64,000 bases of DNA from Candidatus Eiseniibacteriota bacterium. Its GTDB lineage: Bacteria > Eisenbacteria > RBG-16-71-46 > CAZAMP01. Under the pieces are notes generated by a model. The model was not told where the DNA came from. It searched no databases and worked only from the letters and a program-made list of their open reading frames with translations. Position numbers and translations under genes: made by a program. The stretch lies in contig OZ245046.1 in NCBI GenBank assembly GCA_965224245.1, positions 4,312,382-4,376,381 on the forward strand, given 5' to 3'. This document shows positions 27,657 to 37,156 of the stretch, in pieces; within the stretch, counting starts at the first letter, position 1, and every line of letters begins with the position of its first letter.

Positions 27657-29918
27657 ATGACGCTGATGTCCCGGTACACGCACTGGCTTCACACCCGCTG
27701 GCCGGCGGGAACGGTGGAGAAGCTCCCCGACGTCGGCGACGACGGACGGACGAGTATCCCCGGTGTCCGGATCGTCGGTGATCTCACCGGCATTCCGCTC
27801 CTGAAGTTCTCGGTTCACACCGGGGCACGCGCGGTGAAGGCGATCATGGCCGAGTCGGACTTCCGCCCGTCGAGGGATCCGTCCGATCCGATCGTCGACC
27901 TGGCCATCATCGGCGCCGGCGTCTCGGGCATGTCGGCGGCGCTGGAGGCACGCAAGCACGGGCTGGCCACGATCGTCTACGAGGCCGTCGAGCCGTTCAC
28001 GACAATCGCGAACTTCCCGAAGGCCAAGCCCATCTTCACGTATCCCACCGAGATGGTGCCCGAGGGCGATCTGACGGTCACCGCGGACGTCAAGGAGGCT
28101 CTCCTCGAGGAGCTGGACGAGCAGCGCGCGAAGGCGGGCATCGAGCCCGTGCATGCGCGTGTACAGATCCTCTCGGCGAACGGCCAGCATCTCGAGCTGA
28201 AGCTCGCCGACGGACACCTCCGCAAGGCGCGCCGGGTGATCGTCGCGATCGGGCGCACCGGTAACTACCGGAAGCTCGGCGTGCCCGGTGAGAAGCTGGA
28301 CAAGGTCTACAACCGCCTCTACGACCCGATGGAGTTCGCCGAACGCGACGTGCTCGTGGTGGGCGGCGGCGACTCGGCTCTGGAGGCCGCGATCGCGCTG
28401 GTGTGCACGGGCGCCAACGTGACGCTCAGCTATCGAAAGCCCGAGTTCTCGCGACCCAAGCCCGCGAACCTCGAGAAGATCCGCGCGCTCCAGAGCGACC
28501 CCGCGAGCGACGTCGGCGTCGAGAGCCCGGCCTCGGAGCGAGTCACCACGGCGGCCTTCTCGTCGATGCGCGGATCGGGCGCGCCGGGCTCGTTGCGACT
28601 GGAGATGGCGTCCGAGGTCGAGAGCATCTCCGAGGACGCGGTCGAGCTCCGCACGTCCGACGGTACCTCGGAGCGGATCCCGAACGACGTCGTGTTCGCG
28701 ATGATCGGTCGCGAGGCGCCGCTCGACTTCTTCCGCAGGGCCGGAATCCGTCTGCGCGGCGAGCTCACGCCGGCGGACTGGCTGAAGCTCGGTGGGTTCT
28801 TCGCGCTGATGCTGGTCCTGTACCTGTGGAAGTCCTGGTGGATCGGCGCCACAGACCTCTTCCGCGTGGTGCCCTCGTTCGGCGACCCCGTGTTGCGCGA
28901 GGTGATCGGCCGCGCCAGCGCCGATCCCTCCGCGTGGTTCACCCTGGCGTACTCGGTCGTCATCGTCGTGTTCGGGATCGCGCGGATCCGGCGGCGGCGC
29001 ACGCCGTACGTCACGCTGCAGACGGTGACGCTGATGGCGATCCAGGTCGTCCCGCTCTTCCTGTTGCCGGTGCTGGTGCTGCCCTACCTGCACGGGATCG
29101 GCGCGCTCCCGGCGTGGATCACCGACACGTTCTTCCCGGGCGAGTCCTGGTGGCGGGCCTACGGGCTGATCCTGGCCTGGCCGCTCTTCCTGTGGAACCT
29201 GGCCACGCCCGAGCCCGTCTGGGGCTGGCTCGTGCTCGGGCTCGCGCAGACGTTCGTGCTGATCCCGATCCTGGTCCACCGCTGGGGCAAGGGCGCGTAC
29301 TGCGGATGGATCTGCAGCTGCGGCGCGATGGCCGAGACCCTGGGTGACACGCACCGACACAAGATGTGGCACGGCCCGCTCGCCAACCGGTGGAACATGA
29401 CCGGTCAAGTGATTCTGGTCGTGGCCACGCTGGTCACCGTCCTGTTCGTCCTGACCTGGAGTCCGTCGTTGCACGGGCCCCTCGCCGGTCTCACGAAGGG
29501 CGCGGGTACGTTCTACAAGGCGGTCGTGGACGTGTTTCTGGCCGGCGCGTTCGGCCTCGGCGTCTACTTCTGGTTCTCGGGGCGCGTGTGGTGCCGGTTC
29601 GCGTGCCCGCTGGCGGCGCTGATGCACGTGTACGCGCGCTTCTCGCGTTTCCGGATCTTCTCGGACAAGAAGAAGTGCATCTCCTGCAACGTCTGCACGT
29701 CGGTGTGTCATCAGGGCATCGACGTCATGAACGTCGCCAACAAGGGGCTTCCGATGGAGGACCCCCAGTGCGTGCGGTGCTCGGCCTGCGTACAGAGCTG
29801 TCCCACCGGCGTGCTGAGCTTCGGGCGCATCGGGTCGGACGGGCGACCGGTGCTGGATCGGCTCGCGGCCTCTCCGGTTCGCATGGCCGAGCGATCCCCC
29901 GCCGACGACGCGAGCTGA
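27657..29918 (+). CDS. FAD/NAD(P)-binding oxidoreductase (TrxB-like fold) fused to a NapH/MauN-type membrane 4Fe-4S domain
   Basis: IIGAGVSG and VVGGGDSA Rossmann motifs; multiple TMs; YCGWICSCG, WCRFACP, CISCNVCTSVC and CVRCSACVQSCP. Confidence 0.88.
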   Translation: MTLMSRYTHWLHTRWPAGTVEKLPDVGDDGRTSIPGVRIVGDLTGIPLLKFSVHTGARAVKAIMAESDFRPSRDPSDPIVDLAIIGAGVSGMSAALEARKHGLATIVYEAVEPFTTIANFPKAKPIFTYPTEMVPEGDLTVTADVKEALLEELDEQRAKAGIEPVHARVQILSANGQHLELKLADGHLRKARRVIVAIGRTGNYRKLGVPGEKLDKVYNRLYDPMEFAERDVLVVGGGDSALEAAIALVCTGANVTLSYRKPEFSRPKPANLEKIRALQSDPASDVGVESPASERVTTAAFSSMRGSGAPGSLRLEMASEVESISEDAVELRTSDGTSERIPNDVVFAMIGREAPLDFFRRAGIRLRGELTPADWLKLGGFFALMLVLYLWKSWWIGATDLFRVVPSFGDPVLREVIGRASADPSAWFTLAYSVVIVVFGIARIRRRRTPYVTLQTVTLMAIQVVPLFLLPVLVLPYLHGIGALPAWITDTFFPGESWWRAYGLILAWPLFLWNLATPEPVWGWLVLGLAQTFVLIPILVHRWGKGAYCGWICSCGAMAETLGDTHRHKMWHGPLANRWNMTGQVILVVATLVTVLFVLTWSPSLHGPLAGLTKGAGTFYKAVVDVFLAGAFGLGVYFWFSGRVWCRFACPLAALMHVYARFSRFRIFSDKKKCISCNVCTSVCHQGIDVMNVANKGLPMEDPQCVRCSACVQSCPTGVLSFGRIGSDGRPVLDRLAASPVRMAERSPADDAS

Positions 29919-30155
29919 CGGCCGGGGCGATCGCCGCGGAGACGTCTCGACGAGACGGTCGAACTCGCGCCCCATCGACGCGGAGACCGGCGCTCCCTCG
30001 AGTACACCCAATCGACTACTGGACATAGACTTGGAGGATGGACGGAGTCGCGTGATCACGCATGGCGCGCCCCTTGCAAAACCGGTTGAGTCGTCTCGCC
30101 CGATGCCGCGTCGTCAACAGGACGCGCCCGGACTCTCATCGGGAGGTTTGTTCCA

Positions 30156-30479
30156 ATGTGTAAACGTGTTCTGCGTGGAGCGGTCGCATCGATTGGCATC
30201 ATGCTCGTCACGCTCACGGCCGCGCCCGGCGCGACGGCCTGCGATCTGAACTGCCCGGCCGGCGACGGCGGTCCGACCGGCGCGGGTGCCGGTGACAAGA
30301 GCCCGGATCTCAACCAGGACGGTGCGGTGAACCTGTCCGACATCGTGCTCTTTCAGCAGATGTTCCTGACCACGTCCTACTGCGCGGACTTCGACTGCGA
30401 CGGGATCGTCACGCTGACCGACTACGTGATGTTCGCGCTTCACTACGGTCACAGTGGCGTGCCCGGCCAGTGCATCTAG
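30156..30479 (+). CDS. Small secreted dockerin/EF-hand-like Ca-binding protein
   Basis: GGGAGG RBS, signal peptide and two loops DLNQDGAVNLSD and DFDCDGIVTLTD. Confidence 0.8.
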   Translation: MCKRVLRGAVASIGIMLVTLTAAPGATACDLNCPAGDGGPTGAGAGDKSPDLNQDGAVNLSDIVLFQQMFLTTSYCADFDCDGIVTLTDYVMFALHYGHSGVPGQCI

Positions 30480-30626
30480 CCGGCACCCACCCGAACCGGG
30501 GGGCGCTGGAGCATCGGCTCCGGTGCCCTCCAGCGACTCCATGACGCTCGCGCGATTCCCGGCTCTCGTGTCAGAATGCGGGCTCCGCGTCCGGAGGCCA
30601 GCACGAGGATCGGAGGACCGCCGCGG

Positions 30627-31190
30627 ATGTCGAAGCCGACCGACGTCACGACCCTGTTGATCTCGATCCGAGAGGGTGCACCGCGGGCCCTCGAGGAGCT
30701 CTTCGATCTGGTCTATCCCGAGCTTCGACGCGTGGCCCATCGCGAGCGGGCACGAGGTCCCGGGGCGACGATGAACACGACCGCCGTGGTCCACGAGGCC
30801 TACCTGAAGCTGGTCGGGGCGGCCCATCTGGAGATCCGCGACCGCGCCCACTTCTTCGCGGTGGCGGCCACCGCGATGCGGCAGCTCCTGGTGGATCAAG
30901 CCCGCCGGAAGCTCGCACAGAAGCGAGGCGGCGGCGCGCCGGTGCTCGAACTCGATTCGCGGGCCCTGTCGGTCGACGATCCGGGAGCGGTCATGATCGA
31001 CCTCGACCGTGCCCTGGATCGGCTCCGGGAGCTGAACGAACGGCTCGTCGACGTCGTGAGCCTGCGCTTCTTCGCCGGTCTCGAGGAGCGCGAGGTAGGC
31101 GAGCTCCTGGGGGTGAACGAACGCACGGTTCGTCGCGACTGGCGAAAGGCCCGGGCTTTCCTGTACCACGAGCTCTACGGGTCGGGATGA
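30627..31190 (+). CDS. ECF sigma factor, kinase-associated (TIGR02999-like)
   Basis: VTTLL, VYPELRRVA, TTAVVHEAYLKL, HFFAVAATAMRQLLVD.AR and RTVRRDW.KARAFL motifs. Confidence 0.93.
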   Translation: MSKPTDVTTLLISIREGAPRALEELFDLVYPELRRVAHRERARGPGATMNTTAVVHEAYLKLVGAAHLEIRDRAHFFAVAATAMRQLLVDQARRKLAQKRGGGAPVLELDSRALSVDDPGAVMIDLDRALDRLRELNERLVDVVSLRFFAGLEEREVGELLGVNERTVRRDWRKARAFLYHELYGSG

Positions 31191-31212
31191 CTACCCGGAC
31201 GGAGCGCCCCAC

Positions 31213-34164
31213 ATGACGACGCGCGAGCGCTGGGCCGAGATCGAACGCCACCTGGACGAGCTGATCGGGAGCGACCCGCCGGCGCGCGCGGCCGCGCTCG
31301 CGAGGCTCGAGGCCGAGGATCCCGAGCTCTGCGCCGCGGTCTCCGCGCTCCTCGATGCCGACGATCGGGCCACCGGCGTTCTCGACGAGCCGGTGTCCGC
31401 CCTGGCCGACGTCGGCGGGTCCGACGACGACGAGGAGCTCGCCGAGCCGTCACGGGCTGGAACGGTCGTCGACGCCTACCGGATCGCCGATCAGATCGGG
31501 AGCGGCGGCATGGGCGAGGTCTACCTCGCCGAGCGCGCCGACGGCCAGTTCGAGCAGACGGTCGCGCTGAAGATGATCCGGCGTGGCATGGGCAGTCGTG
31601 ACAATCGCCGCCGCTTCGTCCAGGAGCGGCAGATCCTGGCCAGGCTCGTCCATCCGGCGATCACGCGCCTGCTCGACGGTGGCGTGACCGAGCACGGCCA
31701 GCCCTATCTGGTGATGGAGCTCGTGGAGGGTCGCCCGCTGACGCTCTACGCCGAGGAGCACGGCCTGGACGTCCCCGCCCGGCTGGCGCTCTTCGACAAG
31801 GTCACCGACGCGGTCGGCTACGCGCACCGTCACCTCGTCGTGCACCGCGACCTGAAGCCGTCCAACGTGATGGTGACCGACTCCGGTGACGTCAAGCTCC
31901 TCGACTTCGGGATCGCGAAGCTCGTGGAGGAGGACGACGCCGAGGGGCTCACCCGCGTCGGCACGTTCGTCCTGACCCCCGAGTACGCAGCACCCGAACA
32001 GGTGCGCGACGAGCCGATCACGACCGCCACCGACGTCTACGCGCTCGGAGTCCTCCTGTACGAGCTCCTGTCCGGAACCCGACCTCACCGCCTCACCGGC
32101 ACGTCTCGGGCCGAGCTGGAGAGCGCCATCGTGCAGGCCGAGCCCGAGCCTCTTCCCCCGCACGTGGATCGCGACCTCGCGATGATCGTGTCGCACGCGC
32201 TGGCCAAGGAGCCCGAGCGTCGCTACCCGACGGCCGACGCGCTCCGCGACGACCTCGTCCGCTACCGGGATGGACTCCCGATCACGGCCCGCGCGCCGTC
32301 GTTCCGCTACCGCGCGGGCAAGTTCGTTCGCCGGAACCGGGTGGCGGTCGGGGCGGCGGCGATCGTGTTCGTGGCGATTCTGGCCGGCATGGCGGGCACG
32401 ATCTGGCAGGCCCAGGCGGCCCGGCGTGAGGCCGCCCGGGCCACGCTCGTGAAGGATCTTCTCGTGGACGTGTTTCGCGGCGCCGATCCCGACGTCGCAG
32501 CCGGCGAGACGATGACGGCCACCGACGTCCTGCAGCGCGGAATCGAGCGTATCGATGCCCAGCTGGAAGGTGATCCGGTCGTTCGCTCCGAGATGCTGCA
32601 CACGGTGGGTGTGCTGTTGACCGACCTCGGGGACCATCGGGCGGCGTACGATGTCTTGCTGCGGTCGCTGACCCTCCGGCAGCGCCACGGTTTCCCGGAT
32701 GGACACGGCGAGTGGGAGAGCCTGGACGCGCTCGCCACCGCCGCGCTGCATCTCGAGCGGTACGACGAGGCCGATTCGCTCTTCCGGACCGCCATCGAGG
32801 CCCTGCCGGACGGCGACGAGGACGTGCGCCGCCCCCGCGCTCTCAACAACCTGGCGGTTCTCCTGGCCCGCACCGGTGACTACGACGCCGCCGAATCGCT
32901 CCATCGCGAGTCGATCGCGCTCGACCAGGCGCGGTACGGTCCGGTAAACGCCGAGGTGGCGACCGACTACTCGAACCTGGCCACGCTGCTCTACGAGACC
33001 GGACGTGAGGCCGAATCCGATTCGCTCCATCAGGTGGTCCTCGACATGCGCCGGTCGATCTTTGCCGGTGACCACACGAGCCTGGCCGCGAGCCTTCACA
33101 ACCTGGCCGAGTTGAAGCGCGCCCTCGGGGACATGGAGGCCGCCGAGTCGATCATCGACGAGACGATCGCGATGAAGCGCCGGCTCTACGAGGGCGATCA
33201 CCCCAGCCTCGCCAGCAGCCTGAACGTGCGCGGCAAGATCCTGTACGCGGCGGGCCGCCGGGACGACGCGGAGGAGCAGCTCCGAGAGGTCATCGACATG
33301 AACGAGCGCCTCGGGCTCGGGCACAGCGAGCAGGTCGCGAACGCGTACAACGACCTCGGCATCATCGCCTACCTGCGCGGCGATCTGGCACTCGCGCGTG
33401 ACCGGTTCGAGCCGGCGATGGACCTCTTCGAGGAGATCCTGGGACCCGATCACGCGACGGTGGCCACGATCATGGGCAACGTGGCCACGCTGGAACGCCT
33501 GCTGGGCCGCCTCGACTCGGCCGAGAGGCGCTACCGCGAGGTGCTGGATCTGCACCTCGCGCGCTACGGCGAGGACCATCCCCAGATCGTCATCGACCTG
33601 AACAACCTGGGAGTGACCCTCCGCGCCAGGGGCGACCCGATCGCCGCCACGGAGCTTCATCGACGAGCGCTCGAGGTCGCACGACGAGTCCGGGGTGGAG
33701 ACGCGTTCTCGGACGTGGCCTCGTCCCGCGCGTCCCTGGCCTCCGCGCTGATGGAGACGGGAGATCTCGTGGAGGCGGAAGCGCTCTTCCGTGGCGCGAT
33801 CGCGTTCTACGAGGCCGAGCTTCCCGAAGGAGACAACCGGACCGTCGGGGCGTGGACCGGCCTCGGTCGCGTGCTCACGCTCGCGGGGCGCGCCACGGAG
33901 GCACACGACGTTCTCGAGCGCGCCCTCTCGGTGTGTCGCGAGCACGAGGGCGAGCGGAGCACGCGGACCGCGCGGGTCATGGTCGGACTCGGGCGCTGTC
34001 TGTCGGCGCTCGGTCGGGACCGCGACGCGATCGAGATGCTGACCGACGCCAGGAACATCCTGGGGGCCGAGCTGGGCGACGCGCACTACGACGTGCGCGA
34101 GGCGGACGTGGCGCTGTCCGATGCCCGGGACCGCGCCGGACGGATCGCCACCCCCACCGACTGA
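31213..34164 (+). CDS. Ser/Thr protein kinase with TM segment and C-terminal TPR repeats
   Basis: IGSGGMGEVY, VALK, HRDLKPSN, DFG, YAAPEQ and DVYALG; one TM; many 42-residue TPR-like repeats. Confidence 0.96.
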   Translation: MTTRERWAEIERHLDELIGSDPPARAAALARLEAEDPELCAAVSALLDADDRATGVLDEPVSALADVGGSDDDEELAEPSRAGTVVDAYRIADQIGSGGMGEVYLAERADGQFEQTVALKMIRRGMGSRDNRRRFVQERQILARLVHPAITRLLDGGVTEHGQPYLVMELVEGRPLTLYAEEHGLDVPARLALFDKVTDAVGYAHRHLVVHRDLKPSNVMVTDSGDVKLLDFGIAKLVEEDDAEGLTRVGTFVLTPEYAAPEQVRDEPITTATDVYALGVLLYELLSGTRPHRLTGTSRAELESAIVQAEPEPLPPHVDRDLAMIVSHALAKEPERRYPTADALRDDLVRYRDGLPITARAPSFRYRAGKFVRRNRVAVGAAAIVFVAILAGMAGTIWQAQAARREAARATLVKDLLVDVFRGADPDVAAGETMTATDVLQRGIERIDAQLEGDPVVRSEMLHTVGVLLTDLGDHRAAYDVLLRSLTLRQRHGFPDGHGEWESLDALATAALHLERYDEADSLFRTAIEALPDGDEDVRRPRALNNLAVLLARTGDYDAAESLHRESIALDQARYGPVNAEVATDYSNLATLLYETGREAESDSLHQVVLDMRRSIFAGDHTSLAASLHNLAELKRALGDMEAAESIIDETIAMKRRLYEGDHPSLASSLNVRGKILYAAGRRDDAEEQLREVIDMNERLGLGHSEQVANAYNDLGIIAYLRGDLALARDRFEPAMDLFEEILGPDHATVATIMGNVATLERLLGRLDSAERRYREVLDLHLARYGEDHPQIVIDLNNLGVTLRARGDPIAATELHRRALEVARRVRGGDAFSDVASSRASLASALMETGDLVEAEALFRGAIAFYEAELPEGDNRTVGAWTGLGRVLTLAGRATEAHDVLERALSVCREHEGERSTRTARVMVGLGRCLSALGRDRDAIEMLTDARNILGAELGDAHYDVREADVALSDARDRAGRIATPTD

Positions 34165-34189
34165 CCGTGCGCCGGGCCAGCGCCCCGCG

Positions 34190-36526
34190 TCATCGCATGA
34201 GGTCGCGGAGCCGCCGGGACGCGCGCGAGCTCATCGACTCGACGATGCGGTGCCAGGCCTCCTCGGCCTCCCGATCGCCCCGGACCGAAGGAGCCAGCTC
34301 GGCCAGTACGTGCTCCAGCGTGCCCGACGAGCCGATCTCGTCGTCGGCGATCTCCAGCGCGTCCATGACGGAGATCACGCCGTCGCGCGACAGCGTCAGC
34401 ACGAGGTGCGCGAGCGTCCCGTCCGACTCGACCTCGTTCACGGCCGCGAGCACGGCGGCCCGCGTCTGGTCGTCGTCGGCGCTCTCACGACCGATCGTGT
34501 CGATCACGTGAGCGAGCGTGCTGTCGGATTCGATCTGATCGGAGGCCAGTCGAAGCGCCTCGCCTGGCGAGAGCACACCGCGGTCGACCAGCGTGATCAG
34601 GGTCGCGGCCAGCGTCCCGTCCGACTCGATGGACTCGAGGGCGCCGACGATCGTCGGCCGATCGGCTTCCAGGTCGTCGCTCGTGTCGGCGAGCTGGACG
34701 AGAAACGCCGACAGCGTGCCGTCGGACTCGATGACCTCCCGCGCGGCCCCGGCCGCCGCTTCGGTCGAGATCGCGTCGAGATCGTGGAGTTGTGAGAGGA
34801 GGTGTGACAGCGTCCCGTCGGACTCGATCCGGGCGCGCGCGATCATGACCAGCGCCTCGACGTCGGATGGCGACGGAGAGCCGTCCTCGACGATGGAGAT
34901 GATCGCGGTGGCCATGAGCCCGTCGCTGGTCACGCCGTTCAGGTACGAGGAGACCGCGTCCATTCCCTGCTCGCGGTAGACACGGAGCGCGCGCACGTCG
35001 GCGTCGAACCTGGTCGCCACCAGGGGGGCGATGAACTGCTCCAGCCACCGGTCGGTCTGGCGGGATCGCTCGACGTGCGACCAGCCGCGCGCGCGCCGGG
35101 GTCGAACCTCGAAGCGCCAGAGGATGCCGTCGCGGGTCCCCTCGGCCAGGACGCGCCGGCGAACCCCCGCCGCGTCCCGCTCCTCGAGACCGAGAAACGA
35201 ACCGGCGGCGATCTCGACGTCGTCGATGCGACCGTCTCCGAGATAGACGTCTCCATCGAGCTCGAGACCGAGGTCCCAGCGACCGCTCTCGAACTCGATC
35301 ATCACCCGGTCGTCGTCACGCCGATGGCGGCGGGGACCTCGCTGGAGGCGATCGCGATCAATGGGGGTCCAGTCCTCGAACGTGCGCCTGGCGTCGTCCG
35401 CGTCGGCGGCCTCGGTCACGTCGGCGCCGTCGGAGACGCGTTCACGATCGTCCCGGGACCGATCGCTCGGGTCGGCGCTGGTGGTCATCACGAGCGGGGT
35501 CAGCGCGACCGCCACCAGGAGCGCCAGCGCCACGACCGCCGCGTCGTGCCGCCGAGGTCCGGTGCTCGAGAATCCCAGCACGCGACGGACACGGTGCAGT
35601 AGCGGACCTCGGGTCGCGCCGAGCGCGAGCGCGGACTCCGGCCGGAGCTCGGCCAGCGCGAGCAGCGCGGACGCGTAGCGCTTTCGATCTCCCGTCACGC
35701 GAACCGCCATGTCGTCGCAACACAGCTCACGCTCCCGCTCGATGACCGAAGCCAGCCACCAGACGCCGGGATGGTAGAAGAGCAACGTGGTCACGATCGA
35801 CGTGGCGATCTGCACGACGTAGTCGTACCGCCGCACGTGAGCGAGCTCGTGCGCGAGAACCGCACGTAGCTGATGGGCATCGAGACCGGTCACGGCGGTC
35901 ACCGGCAGCACGACGACCGGGCGCAGCCAGCCGGCCGTCATCGCGCCCGCGTTCCGGGTCGACGTCACCAGTCGAACCGCGCGACCGATGCCCATCTCGA
36001 TCCGGAGGCGTTCGAATTGACTTCTCGTCGCGACGTCGACCGGGAGCGACCTGTCGTGAGTCACGGTGCGAACGCGCCGGGCGCCGACGCCCATCCGGGT
36101 CGACAGCGCGAGCACGCCCACCAGCCAGAGCCCGACCACGAGGGCATGACCGCCCCCGGCGGGGCGCTCCCCGGCGCCGGATCGGCCGAGGATGGAGAGC
36201 GACGCGGATCCGCGCTCGGACGTCGCGCCGGTCGTCGCCGGACTCGCCGCCCCACCCCCGTCCGCGGAGGGCGCGATGGACCCGGCCGTCCGCGGCGGAT
36301 CCAGCGTGCCGAGCTCGGCCACGTACGTGACGATCGGGGCGGTCGCCATGACGAGCAGACCGATGCAGGCGACGGCGTGGCGCACCTCCGGCGAGCGCCG
36401 TCGCAGGAGCCAGAGCGCGGCGCTCACGACCAGCGCGATGATCGTGCCGTGAAGCGTGAAGCGGATCAGCGTGCGCCCGAGGGCATCCACCGCCGGCGCT
36501 CCGAGAACGTCGTAGAGGGGGGTCAT
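34190..36526 (-). CDS. BlaR1/MecR1-type M56 metallopeptidase with helical-repeat C-terminal domain
   Basis: VLAHELAHVRRYD, FYHPGVWW and ERELCCDD; ATGA overlap with the BlaI-family gene; C-terminal IESDGTL repeats. Confidence 0.92.
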   Translation of the reverse strand: MTPLYDVLGAPAVDALGRTLIRFTLHGTIIALVVSAALWLLRRRSPEVRHAVACIGLLVMATAPIVTYVAELGTLDPPRTAGSIAPSADGGGAASPATTGATSERGSASLSILGRSGAGERPAGGGHALVVGLWLVGVLALSTRMGVGARRVRTVTHDRSLPVDVATRSQFERLRIEMGIGRAVRLVTSTRNAGAMTAGWLRPVVVLPVTAVTGLDAHQLRAVLAHELAHVRRYDYVVQIATSIVTTLLFYHPGVWWLASVIERERELCCDDMAVRVTGDRKRYASALLALAELRPESALALGATRGPLLHRVRRVLGFSSTGPRRHDAAVVALALLVAVALTPLVMTTSADPSDRSRDDRERVSDGADVTEAADADDARRTFEDWTPIDRDRLQRGPRRHRRDDDRVMIEFESGRWDLGLELDGDVYLGDGRIDDVEIAAGSFLGLEERDAAGVRRRVLAEGTRDGILWRFEVRPRRARGWSHVERSRQTDRWLEQFIAPLVATRFDADVRALRVYREQGMDAVSSYLNGVTSDGLMATAIISIVEDGSPSPSDVEALVMIARARIESDGTLSHLLSQLHDLDAISTEAAAGAAREVIESDGTLSAFLVQLADTSDDLEADRPTIVGALESIESDGTLAATLITLVDRGVLSPGEALRLASDQIESDSTLAHVIDTIGRESADDDQTRAAVLAAVNEVESDGTLAHLVLTLSRDGVISVMDALEIADDEIGSSGTLEHVLAELAPSVRGDREAEEAWHRIVESMSSRASRRLRDLMR

Positions 36527-36912
36527 GGCGTCTTCCCTTCGAGGTCGTCGAGGAGACGACGGATCTCGGCCAGCTCCTCGGGGGATACCTTGCGTGTGCT
36601 CAGCGCATGAAGCGCCAGCTGTCCAGCCGCGTCGTCGAACGCGCGGTGCATGAGGTCGCGCACGAGACGCCGCTGCGTGCGGCGGCGCGACGTCGATGCG
36701 CGATAGACGTGGGTCCGCTGCGACTCGTCCCGCTCGACGAGCCCCTTCTCGGTCATGATCTGCATGAGCTTCAGGACGGTGGTGTAGCCCACGTCGCGCT
36801 GCGACTGGAGGTGGTCGTGCACCCGCCGGACGGTGCAGGGTCCGTCGCGCCACAGGACGCGCAGGATCTCGAGCTCGGCGTCGGTCGGTCGGCGGGGCGA
36901 TTCGCTGGACAT
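36523..36912 (-). CDS. BlaI/MecI/CopY family transcriptional repressor
   Basis: PTDAELEILRVLW..GP.TVR.V, YTTVLKLMQIM.EKGLV and EELAEIRRLL motifs. Confidence 0.95.
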   Translation of the reverse strand: MSSESPRRPTDAELEILRVLWRDGPCTVRRVHDHLQSQRDVGYTTVLKLMQIMTEKGLVERDESQRTHVYRASTSRRRTQRRLVRDLMHRAFDDAAGQLALHALSTRKVSPEELAEIRRLLDDLEGKTP

Positions 36913-37075
36913 GGTGCGCTCCGTGTCGGCTCGGGTCGTCGCGGCGGACCGGGCGAGAGGACGGCTCCACTCCGGGAGTCGCTCGTGCTCGGGGCCACGC
37001 TCACGGCCGTGCTCGGGACCGCGCGGGATCCGGCTCCGGCCCGCGTGCGGCGCTCGATCTCGGCGTCGGATGTCG

Positions 37076-37117
37076 ATTATACGAACGCTTTCGTAGATGT
37101 CAACGAAGAGTTTCGTA
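37076..37117 (-). promoter_or_regulatory. Consensus sigma70 promoter (TTGACA-N16-TATAAT) overlapped by two palindromic BlaI-type operators
   Basis: Minus-strand TTGACA at 37103-37098 and TATAAT at 37081-37076; TACGAA-cgct-TTCGTA at 37080-37095 and AACGAA-gagt-TTCGTA at 37102-37117. Confidence 0.85.
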
Positions 37118-37156
37118 GATTGATCCGCCGAGATCGGGGGCGAACGTCCCGGGACG

